Assembly (NCBI GenBank): GCA_902546765.1
Contig: CACCLG010000002.1
Location: forward strand, 18,839 to 82,838
Reading direction: 5' to 3'
Length of the DNA stretch: 64,000 bases
DNA from: an uncultured Pelagibacteraceae bacterium
Lineage (GTDB): Bacteria > Pseudomonadota > Alphaproteobacteria > Pelagibacterales > Pelagibacteraceae
Below are positions 29,140 through 37,229 of this stretch, in pieces. The notes under the pieces are model-generated. The model saw nothing but the letters and a program-made list of their open reading frames with translations. It had not been told where the DNA came from and did not search any database. Made by a program: the position numbers and the translations under genes. How positions within the stretch are numbered: the stretch's first letter is position 1; the number at the start of each line of letters is the position of its first letter.

Positions 29140-31173
29140 GTGAAAAATAATTGGTCAAATACTAAAGCTATAAAATACATTAAACACTATAAAAAACTTG
29201 GCCACTCGAAGGATATGGCTTTGAGAGTTTATACAACCAGATTACTTGGAAGAAATCCTGAATTAGTATTGCATGGTGGAGGAAATACATCGGTAAAAAC
29301 AACAGTAAGAGATGTTGATGGAAAAAATTATAAAGTTTTATGCGTAAAAGGGAGCGGGTGGGATATGGCTGAAATTGAGCCAGCTGGGCTACCAGCAGTA
29401 AAACTTGAGCCTCTATTGGCATTTAAAAATAAAAAATACCTTTCAGATGAAGACATGGTGGCCTATCAAAAGAAAAACCTTATAGATATTAAATCACCAA
29501 ACCCATCAGTGGAAACTTTTTTACATGCATTTTTGCCTTTCAAATTTGTGGATCATACACACTCAGATGCAATAATGAATGTTACCAACAGACCTAATGG
29601 AGTTCAGTTTTGTAAAAAAATATTTGGAAAAAAAGTAAGTATTGTACCTTATGTGATGCCGGGTTTTGGTTTGGCAAAAAAAATTCAAGAAGTTTATTCT
29701 AAAAATCCAAATATTAATTGTTTAATTTTATTAAATCATGGAATTTTCACTTTTGCTGATGATGCAAAAACTTCTTATAATTTAATGATTAAATATGTAT
29801 CTGACGCTGAAAAGGCAATTAATAAACTAAAAAGAAAAAAAATTACTCAAGTAAAAAAACTAAAATTTAAATTCACTCCTGAGGATGTAGCGCCAATTTT
29901 AAGAGGTTTACTCTCAGAAAATAAAGATAATAAATTTATTTTAAATTTTAGGAAAAATAATAAGTTGGATTATTTTATTAATGGAAAACATGTAAATCGA
30001 TATGCAAATGAAGGAACTGCTACTCCCGATCATGTTATAAGAGTTAAGCCTTTTCCATTAATCATCGAGCCAAAAGAAAATTGTTCATTAGAGGAATTTA
30101 AAAAAATAGCTATCAAATCTTTTAAAAACTATAGAAAAAAATACATTAATTATTTCAATGCCAATAAAAAAAAAGTAAAAGAAAAAAAGACAATCTTAGA
30201 TACCTCTCCCAGAGTAATACTTGTTCAAAATCTTGGTTTGTTTTCTGTTGGAAGCACATTGTCTGCAACCAAAATAGCTGGAGATTTAACAGAAACTAAT
30301 GCGAGGGTAATTTCATCTGTGGAAGAAACTACAAAATATAAATTTATATCAAAGAAAGATTTATTTGATGTTGAATATTGGTCATTAGAACAAGCAAAAA
30401 TTAAAAAAGTAAAAAAAGAACTACAAGGTAATGTTGTTGTAATTACTGGAAGCACTGGGGCGATTGGAACTGAGACATATAAACTGTTTAAAAAATATGG
30501 TGCTGAAGTTGTTCTTTTGGACATAAATAAGAAGAAGATTTTAGAAATGCAAAATAAGGTAAATGATCTTTGTATTTACTGCGATGTGACTAACAAAAAA
30601 AGTGTCAAAGATGCATTTAAAAAAATATCGAGAATTTATGGTGGCGTGGACATATTAATTTCAAATGCAGGTACAGCTATTGGGGGTTCAATAGCTGAAG
30701 TTGATGAAAATATTTTAAGAAAAAGTTTTGAAGAAAATTTCTTCTCTCATCAAAATTGCGCTTCAGAAGCAGTCAAAATTATGAAAAAACAAAATATAAA
30801 TGGTTGTTTGCTTTTTAATATTTCAAAACAATCAGTTAACCCTGGTAAAAATTTTGGTCCTTATGGTTTGCCTAAATCAGCACTATTAGGCTTGTGTAAA
30901 CAATATGCATTAGACTATGGAAATTTAGGTATCAGATCAAATGGAGTAAATGCTGACAGAATAAGAAGTGGCTTACTTAATGATAAAATGATCAAATCAA
31001 GAGCAAAAGCCAGAGAAGTTTCTGAAGCCCAGTACATGAGTGGAAACTTATTATTAAACGAGGTAAAAGCTGAAGATGTTGCTAAAGCTTTCTTCCATTT
31101 AGCAATATCAAAGAAAACAACTGGAGCAATATTGACTGTAGATGGTGGAAATATTGCTGCTTCTATGCGTTAA
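29140..31173 (+). CDS. Bifunctional class II aldolase / short-chain dehydrogenase
   Basis: LVLHGGGNTSVK, KGSGWD, PSVETFLH, DHTH, NHG; SDR domain TGSTGAIG, SNAG, YGLPK, VDGGN. Confidence 0.9.
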   Translation: MKNNWSNTKAIKYIKHYKKLGHSKDMALRVYTTRLLGRNPELVLHGGGNTSVKTTVRDVDGKNYKVLCVKGSGWDMAEIEPAGLPAVKLEPLLAFKNKKYLSDEDMVAYQKKNLIDIKSPNPSVETFLHAFLPFKFVDHTHSDAIMNVTNRPNGVQFCKKIFGKKVSIVPYVMPGFGLAKKIQEVYSKNPNINCLILLNHGIFTFADDAKTSYNLMIKYVSDAEKAINKLKRKKITQVKKLKFKFTPEDVAPILRGLLSENKDNKFILNFRKNNKLDYFINGKHVNRYANEGTATPDHVIRVKPFPLIIEPKENCSLEEFKKIAIKSFKNYRKKYINYFNANKKKVKEKKTILDTSPRVILVQNLGLFSVGSTLSATKIAGDLTETNARVISSVEETTKYKFISKKDLFDVEYWSLEQAKIKKVKKELQGNVVVITGSTGAIGTETYKLFKKYGAEVVLLDINKKKILEMQNKVNDLCIYCDVTNKKSVKDAFKKISRIYGGVDILISNAGTAIGGSIAEVDENILRKSFEENFFSHQNCASEAVKIMKKQNINGCLLFNISKQSVNPGKNFGPYGLPKSALLGLCKQYALDYGNLGIRSNGVNADRIRSGLLNDKMIKSRAKAREVSEAQYMSGNLLLNEVKAEDVAKAFFHLAISKKTTGAILTVDGGNIAASMR

Positions 31174-32253
31174 TTATTTATTAAATAATTTTTTTAATCC
31201 ATCTTTAGAAGCATCACATATACCTTTTTCAGTTATTAAAGATGTAACATATTTTGCTGGTGTTACATCAAAAGCTAAATTCATAGCCTTACTTTTTTTT
31301 GGATAAATTTGAACACTATCAATTTTATTTTCTCCCAACATTCCATCTATATGTGATAGTTCTTTTGTGTCTCTCTCCTCTATTGGAATATCTCTTGAAT
31401 CTTTTAAATTCCAATCAATAGTAGAACTAGGAAGAGCAACATAGAATGGAACATTATTATCGTATGCTGCTAATGCTTTTAAATACGTTCCTATCTTATT
31501 ACAAACGTCACCATTTGATAAAGTTCTATCTGTACCAACAATACACATATCAACCTGTCCCCTTTGCATTAAAATTCCACCTGTGTTATCTGCTATAATT
31601 GTATTTGGTACACCTTCTTCATTTAATTCATAAGAAGTTAAATTTGCTCCTTGATTTCTAGGTCTAGTTTCATCAACCCATATATGAATTGGAATACCTT
31701 TTTTATGTGCGTGATAAATTGGTGATGTTGCAGTTCCCCAATCAATTGTTGCTAACCACCCAGCGTTACAATGTGTAAGAATATTTATTGTATTTTTTTT
31801 CTTTTGGTAAATTTCCTCTATTATTTTAAGACCATTTTTTCCAATTTTCTCAGAAAATTTCTCATCTTCATCACAAATTAACTCAGCTTCATTTAAAGCA
31901 ACATCAAATAGCTTTTCAGATTTAATCATAGAGATCTTGTTATTTACTCTGTGAACAGCCCATTGCAGATTAATAGCAGTGGGTCTTGCTTTTACTAATT
32001 CTTCAGAACTTTTTTTTATAAAATTTAAATCATTATTTTCTTTAATAGCTAACACAATACCAAATGCTGCTGTTGCCCCTATTAAAGGAGCGCCTCTTAC
32101 CTCCATAACTTTTATTGCATTAATTGCATCCTTAACAGTTTCTAATTCTTTAATTTTAAATTCATGAGGTAGTTTTGTCTGATCAATTATTTTGACATTT
32201 TTTGAATTTTTATCAAACCAGATGGTCTTATAATTCTTTCCTTCAATTCTCAT
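31174..32253 (-). CDS. mtnA: Methylthioribose-1-phosphate isomerase
   Basis: MEVRGAPLIG, RPTAINL, LTHCNAGWLAT, ETRPRNQG, NKIGTY, AFDVTP. Confidence 0.96.
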   Translation of the reverse strand: MRIEGKNYKTIWFDKNSKNVKIIDQTKLPHEFKIKELETVKDAINAIKVMEVRGAPLIGATAAFGIVLAIKENNDLNFIKKSSEELVKARPTAINLQWAVHRVNNKISMIKSEKLFDVALNEAELICDEDEKFSEKIGKNGLKIIEEIYQKKKNTINILTHCNAGWLATIDWGTATSPIYHAHKKGIPIHIWVDETRPRNQGANLTSYELNEEGVPNTIIADNTGGILMQRGQVDMCIVGTDRTLSNGDVCNKIGTYLKALAAYDNNVPFYVALPSSTIDWNLKDSRDIPIEERDTKELSHIDGMLGENKIDSVQIYPKKSKAMNLAFDVTPAKYVTSLITEKGICDASKDGLKKLFNK

Positions 32254-33125
32254 TATTTATTTAATACTCTTCCGGCAATATACTTAAGCTTTTGTATAGT
32301 TTTTTTTGATCTCTTTTCAGGAGCAGTGATTATTGCAACATCTAAACAATTATTGGTTGGATCATTTGGATCAATATGATTTTCAAAATTCTTTATCAAA
32401 TTTTTGATCATATTTTTTGCTTTAGCAGCATTATCTAACAGGACTTTGATAACCTGTTGTACATCAACATTTTCATGATCTGGGTGCCAACAATCATAAT
32501 CTGTTACCATTGATACCGATGCATATCTTATTTCAGCTTCTCTTGCGAGTTTTGCTTCAGGCATGTTTGTCATTCCAATCACATCAGCGTTCCATGATCT
32601 ATATAAGTTAGACTCAGCTAATGTAGAAAATTGTGGGCCCTCCATAACCACATATGTGCCCCCTCTTTGATAATTTATATTTTCTAATTTAATCGCTTCT
32701 TCACAAGCATTCATTAAACCATTTGAGGTTGGATGAGCCATTGATACATGGGCTACTATCTCATCGTCAAAAAAAGTTTTATTTCTTGCAAATGTTCTAT
32801 CAATAAATTGATCAACTATTACAAATTTTCCTGGAGAGTGATCTTCTTTTAAAGATCCTACTGCTGAAACTGATACAATATCTGTAACACCTAGTTGTTT
32901 TAATGCATCTATATTAGCTCTAAAATTAATTTTTGATGGGGATATAAAATGACCTTTACCGTGGCGTGGTAAAAAATATACTTCATTATTATTATATTTT
33001 GTTTTTAAAATTTGATCAGATGGGTTTCCCCAAGGTGTATCAATATTTAACATTTCTCGATCCTTAAATTCCTCTACGTCGTAAAGACCACTTCCACCAA
33101 TTATAGCTAATTTATTATTTGCCAT
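32253..33125 (-). CDS. mtnP: S-methyl-5'-thioadenosine phosphorylase
   Basis: IIGGSGLY, PRHG, MEGPQFSTLAES, GMTNMPEAKLARE, VTDYDCW. Confidence 0.95.
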   Translation of the reverse strand: MANNKLAIIGGSGLYDVEEFKDREMLNIDTPWGNPSDQILKTKYNNNEVYFLPRHGKGHFISPSKINFRANIDALKQLGVTDIVSVSAVGSLKEDHSPGKFVIVDQFIDRTFARNKTFFDDEIVAHVSMAHPTSNGLMNACEEAIKLENINYQRGGTYVVMEGPQFSTLAESNLYRSWNADVIGMTNMPEAKLAREAEIRYASVSMVTDYDCWHPDHENVDVQQVIKVLLDNAAKAKNMIKNLIKNFENHIDPNDPTNNCLDVAIITAPEKRSKKTIQKLKYIAGRVLNK

Positions 33126-33163
33126 ATTTTTAATTATTTATTACATACTTATAATTTATAAAT

Positions 33164-33691
33164 ATGAATTTAAAAGATTATATTAGATCAATACCTGACT
33201 ATCCTAAAAAGGGTATTTTATTTCGTGACATTACTACATTAATTAAAAATGAATATGCATTTCAGGAAACTATAAATCAAATAATAGACAGATCAAAAAA
33301 ATATAAAGTAGATAAAATAGCAGCAATTGAATCTAGAGGTTTTGTATTTGCATCAGCAGTTTCATATTTAATTAAAAAACCATTTATTCTGCTTAGAAAA
33401 AAAAATAAACTTCCAGCTGATGTCTATTCAGTGGATTTTGACCTTGAATATGGCTCTGCAACCATAGAGGCTCACAAAGATTCATTTCAAAAAGGTGACT
33501 CGGTTATTATAATTGATGATCTTATAGCTACTGGTGGGAGTGCTGAAGCAGCATCAAAATTAATTAAAATGTCTGGTGCAAATATTACTGCATTTATTTT
33601 TGTAATAAACTTGTTTGATTTAGGTGGGACAGAGAAATTAACAAAACTAGGTTTCAAAGTTGAAAATTTAATTGATTTTCCTGGTCATTAA
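33164..33691 (+). CDS. apt: Adenine phosphoribosyltransferase
   Basis: DYPKKGILFRDIT, ESRGF, RKKNKLP, LEYG, IIDDLIATGGS. Confidence 0.96.
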   Translation: MNLKDYIRSIPDYPKKGILFRDITTLIKNEYAFQETINQIIDRSKKYKVDKIAAIESRGFVFASAVSYLIKKPFILLRKKNKLPADVYSVDFDLEYGSATIEAHKDSFQKGDSVIIIDDLIATGGSAEAASKLIKMSGANITAFIFVINLFDLGGTEKLTKLGFKVENLIDFPGH

Positions 33692-33692
33692 T

Positions 33693-33769
33693 TGGTAGCG
33701 GGAAGTGGGATCGAACCACTGACCTCGGGCTTATGAGTCCCGCGCTCTAACCAACTGAGCTACCCCGCC
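33693..33769 (-). tRNA. tRNA-Met (CAT), probably elongator
   Basis: 77-nt cloverleaf GGCGGGGTAGCTCAGTTGGTTAGAGCGCGGGACTCATAAGCCCGAGGTCAGTGGTTCGATCCCACTTCCCGCTACCA with encoded CCA. G at position 1 argues against an initiator tRNA; Ile2 is not formally excluded. Confidence 0.93.
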
Positions 33770-33801
33770 ATAAATTGACTAATCTTATACAAATTAAAAA
33801 A

Positions 33802-34500
33802 TTATCTTGCAAGTTTTATGAAGATATCACCCATTCCCGATTTTAATTGATTCAAAGGTGTATTGTTTCTAAACTCACAAAACTTACCAGTTACTTGGTG
33901 GGTGTTAATATAATCTAAATCAGTAGATAAGCACGGCCTGCTTTCATGCAAATAACCAATTACTAACTTATTTTCTAACACACTTACTTGGGACTTATCA
34001 AGGTTGTCACCATTGCAAAAATAATTTTTATTTACTTGGACAGGAAAATCTTTTTTTCCACAAGGGTTATCAATTGTTAATACATAAAATTCTTTTTCAA
34101 TATCAGTGAATTTATATTTCATTTTCTGAGTTTTAGAATATTTCATCAAATCACAGCTACATGGAATACAGCATCTATAATATGCGCCACATATTTTCTT
34201 TTCAGTAATATTTTCTTTTAAATATACGAATTCAGGTGTTGAATTAGGGCTTATTAGTGATCCTGATACAGCACAATATAATTTATTATATTCTACAAAA
34301 TCATTGTACGTAATATCTTTATCTAAAATATATTTAAAAAATTTTGGTCCAGCAGCATTTCTATTTTTGTCAGGAAATATTTTATTCCAATCATGTACTA
34401 TATCTTGGTAGTAGTTTTTTTCAGCTGAATTTAAATTACTAATTGAAAATAATATTAAAATAAAAACACAAAAAGGTTTTAAATTATTTTTTATTTTCAT
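33802..34500 (-). CDS. Hypothetical Cys-rich secreted protein
   Basis: N-terminal signal-like segment; YCAVSGS, CGAYYRCCIPCSCD and further Cys residues. Confidence 0.8.
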   Translation of the reverse strand: MKIKNNLKPFCVFILILFSISNLNSAEKNYYQDIVHDWNKIFPDKNRNAAGPKFFKYILDKDITYNDFVEYNKLYCAVSGSLISPNSTPEFVYLKENITEKKICGAYYRCCIPCSCDLMKYSKTQKMKYKFTDIEKEFYVLTIDNPCGKKDFPVQVNKNYFCNGDNLDKSQVSVLENKLVIGYLHESRPCLSTDLDYINTHQVTGKFCEFRNNTPLNQLKSGMGDIFIKLAR

Positions 34501-34512
34501 TAAAATTTAGTC

Positions 34513-34656
34513 TCAGAAACCCATGTTAGACCAATTTATTTGATCTTGTTTTTTGCTTTCAAATTTTGAAATTTCCTCTTTAGAAGTTTTTCTAAAAGCA
34601 AAAATCAACAATCCTGCTAACAATCCAAAAATTAATGTAAGTGAACACGTGGTCAT
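34513..34656 (-). CDS. Putative small single-pass membrane protein (47 aa, not in the ORF track)
   Basis: Hand translation MTTCSLTLIFGLLAGLLIFAFRKTSKEEISKFESKKQDQINWSNMGF*. Co-oriented with both neighbours and fills most of a 217-bp gap. Confidence 0.55.
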   Translation of the reverse strand: MTTCSLTLIFGLLAGLLIFAFRKTSKEEISKFESKKQDQINWSNMGF

Positions 34657-34717
34657 GGAATTTATATAAAAGCGTATTATTATTATTCAATAATTATAGA
34701 TGGGTACTATTGTCGTA

Positions 34718-36136
34718 CTAATTTTGTCTAACCTCGTAAGTTTTATTCAAATCTTCAATATTTAAAGAACTTTTTGATCCATTAGTCCATTTAATCTCAA
34801 CTTCAATGTCTTTTTCATTCTCTCTAATTCCATAATGAGCTACTGGTTCCATCTGACAAAGATATCCTGATCCGGCATCAATAGTTTTTGAATGAATTCT
34901 TTTATTGCTTTTTAACGTAACTGTTGATCCTCTAGCAGGTGCTCCATATTTATTCAAAGGCTTTATTCTTAAATAATTAAAATCATTAATATTTGCTTTA
35001 TAAAATGTAAGTGGCTGCAAACCTGTTTCACCATGAGATACTAATAATTCTAAAATTCCATCCCCATCAATATCTGCAACAGCAGCACCAGTTCCCAATC
35101 CAAAAGTTTCTAAACCGTTTTTAATTTTAATTTCTTTAAATTTACCATCCTCTAATATCTTAAATAATTTATTTGGCTCTCCAATATTGTTCATGAATAT
35201 TTCATCATAACCATCATTATCAAAATCTGCTGATATAACCGTTCTTATTTTTGTTGGATCACTATAAGAAGGTTGTGCGATATCTTTAAACTTATCACCA
35301 TCAAGAACATAGGCTCTATGATTTCCATCCCAATTAGATGTCAAGATATCTAATCTTCCCCGATAAAGAATATCACTTAAGGCTGTTCCTCTACCATTTT
35401 CAAATCTATCTTCTACGTGATAGTCTTTTGCTACATCAGTGAATGATCCATCAACATTATAATATAAAAAATTATCACCCCTCTCGTTTGCTGCAAAAAT
35501 ATCTGATTGATCTGATAATATATGTCCTGAAACTATTGCTCTTCCCCCAGTAATTTTATTTATTGCTAATTTTACAGCTTTATCTTTTATCCTATTATCA
35601 TTAAATTCATAAAATCTTGTGGGGCCACCATAGTTTGCAACATAAATACCATACTGACCATTTCCCTTTCTATCAACACAAACAACTGATCTACCAGCTG
35701 TTAAATTTAAATCAGCTTTATTTTTTTCTATTTCAAATAAATCAGTAAACTTGTTTTTATTTAAGTCTAAAAGTCTATCAGAGTAAATTTTATCTCCACT
35801 ATAAGTATCAGTATTTAAAAAATATATTTCTTCATAACCATCTTTATCAACATCGCAAGCAGCAACACCAATTGTTCTTCTAGTAGGATCTGCAAATATA
35901 TTTTCATCAATTATATTAATTAATTTTCCATCTTTGTATGTAAGTGCTAAATTTTTAAATCCAAAACCTGTAACAACAAAATCGAATTTGCTATCATTAT
36001 TAACATCTGTAACCGAAACACCATAACTAAGTCTAAATGCATTATCTTGAATTTGATTAGTAATATCTAAGAAAAAATCCTTAGTTTGTCCTTTGATAGG
36101 AATAACTAGTAATAAAATAATCAAAAAAGTTCTCAT
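34718..36136 (-). CDS. CRTAC1 family protein (FG-GAP-like repeats plus ASPIC/UnbV domain)
   Basis: Signal peptide; repeated DxDxDG loops (DVNNDS, DVDKDG, DFDNDG, DIDGDG); C-terminal IDAGSGYLCQMEPVAHYG. Confidence 0.9.
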   Translation of the reverse strand: MRTFLIILLLVIPIKGQTKDFFLDITNQIQDNAFRLSYGVSVTDVNNDSKFDFVVTGFGFKNLALTYKDGKLINIIDENIFADPTRRTIGVAACDVDKDGYEEIYFLNTDTYSGDKIYSDRLLDLNKNKFTDLFEIEKNKADLNLTAGRSVVCVDRKGNGQYGIYVANYGGPTRFYEFNDNRIKDKAVKLAINKITGGRAIVSGHILSDQSDIFAANERGDNFLYYNVDGSFTDVAKDYHVEDRFENGRGTALSDILYRGRLDILTSNWDGNHRAYVLDGDKFKDIAQPSYSDPTKIRTVISADFDNDGYDEIFMNNIGEPNKLFKILEDGKFKEIKIKNGLETFGLGTGAAVADIDGDGILELLVSHGETGLQPLTFYKANINDFNYLRIKPLNKYGAPARGSTVTLKSNKRIHSKTIDAGSGYLCQMEPVAHYGIRENEKDIEVEIKWTNGSKSSLNIEDLNKTYEVRQN

Positions 36137-36192
36137 ATATCAACTTAATAATAAATTGAATTCCATAAAAATGAATGTATATCTTTGCCCTT

Positions 36193-37227
36193 GTGAGAAT
36201 AGAGGAAGAACTAAAATTAGATTACTCAGATGTACTATTTAGGCCAAAAAGAAGTACTCTTCAAAGTCGTAAAGATGTAAATCTAAAAAGAACCTATAGA
36301 TTTAAATACTCAAATAATGAATGGTCAGGAATTCCTATTATGGCCGCAAATATGGATGGTGTTGGTGAGTTAGGCATTGCTGAAAAATTGTCAGAGTTTC
36401 AAATGATCACATGTCTAACAAAACAACATGATATCAAAAAAATAAAAGGTTTCAAAAAAATTAAATCTATTCATCCAAATATTGCACTTTCGATTGGTAT
36501 TAAAAAAGATGATTTTGAAAATTTAGACAATATTTTAAAAGAATATAGTTTTATAAAATTTATCTGCATTGATGTTGCAAATGGATATTCAGAGCATTTT
36601 TCCAAATTTTTAAAATCTGTAAGAGATAAATATCCAACTAAAACAATTATTGCTGGAAATGTTGTAACAGCAGACATGACCCAAGAATTAATTTTATCTG
36701 GTGCTGATATAGTTAAAGTTGGAATTGGACCTGGCTCAGTTTGTACAACAAGGTTACAGACTGGAGTTGGATATCCACAACTTAGTGCAGTAATTGAGTG
36801 TGCTGATGCTGCTCATGGATTAGGTGCACATATAATTGCTGACGGTGGATGCACTTGTCCAGGTGATGTTGCAAAAGGATTTGGAGGAGGAGCTGATTTT
36901 GTAATGTTGGGTGGTATGCTTGCTGGTCATGATGAAGGAAAAGGTAAATTAGTTAAATCAAATGGATCGAAATATATAGAATTTTATGGATCAAGTTCAG
37001 AGACAGCAAATAAAAAACATTATGGTGGTTTATCTGATTATAGAAGCAGTGAGGGCAGAACTGTAAGAGTTAAATACCGAGGAAAAATTAATGATACAAT
37101 TAAAGATATATTAGGTGGAGTTAGAAGTAGTTGTACTTATGTTGGGGCACCTTCACTTAAGCAACTTAGTAAATGTACAACATTTGTAAGGGTTACTAAG
37201 CAATTTAATGATACTTTTGTAAAATAA
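36193..37227 (+). CDS. guaC: GMP reductase
   Basis: LDYSDVLFRPKRSTL, ANMD, IDVANGYSE, KVGIGPGSVCTTR, SEGRTV. Likely GTG start at 36193 (MRIEEELKLD). Confidence 0.95.
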   Translation: MRIEEELKLDYSDVLFRPKRSTLQSRKDVNLKRTYRFKYSNNEWSGIPIMAANMDGVGELGIAEKLSEFQMITCLTKQHDIKKIKGFKKIKSIHPNIALSIGIKKDDFENLDNILKEYSFIKFICIDVANGYSEHFSKFLKSVRDKYPTKTIIAGNVVTADMTQELILSGADIVKVGIGPGSVCTTRLQTGVGYPQLSAVIECADAAHGLGAHIIADGGCTCPGDVAKGFGGGADFVMLGGMLAGHDEGKGKLVKSNGSKYIEFYGSSSETANKKHYGGLSDYRSSEGRTVRVKYRGKINDTIKDILGGVRSSCTYVGAPSLKQLSKCTTFVRVTKQFNDTFVK

Positions 37228-37229
37228 GT

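Noticed and set aside
29067-29180. 38-aa N-terminal extension of the SpeD-SpeE ORF
   Set aside because: It overlaps the divergent aldolase start, and SpeD similarity begins at MIKVGEH (29066).
33693-36136. tRNA-anchored integrative element
   Set aside because: No integrase and no duplicated tRNA 3' end were seen, and the tRNA 3' end abuts apt directly.
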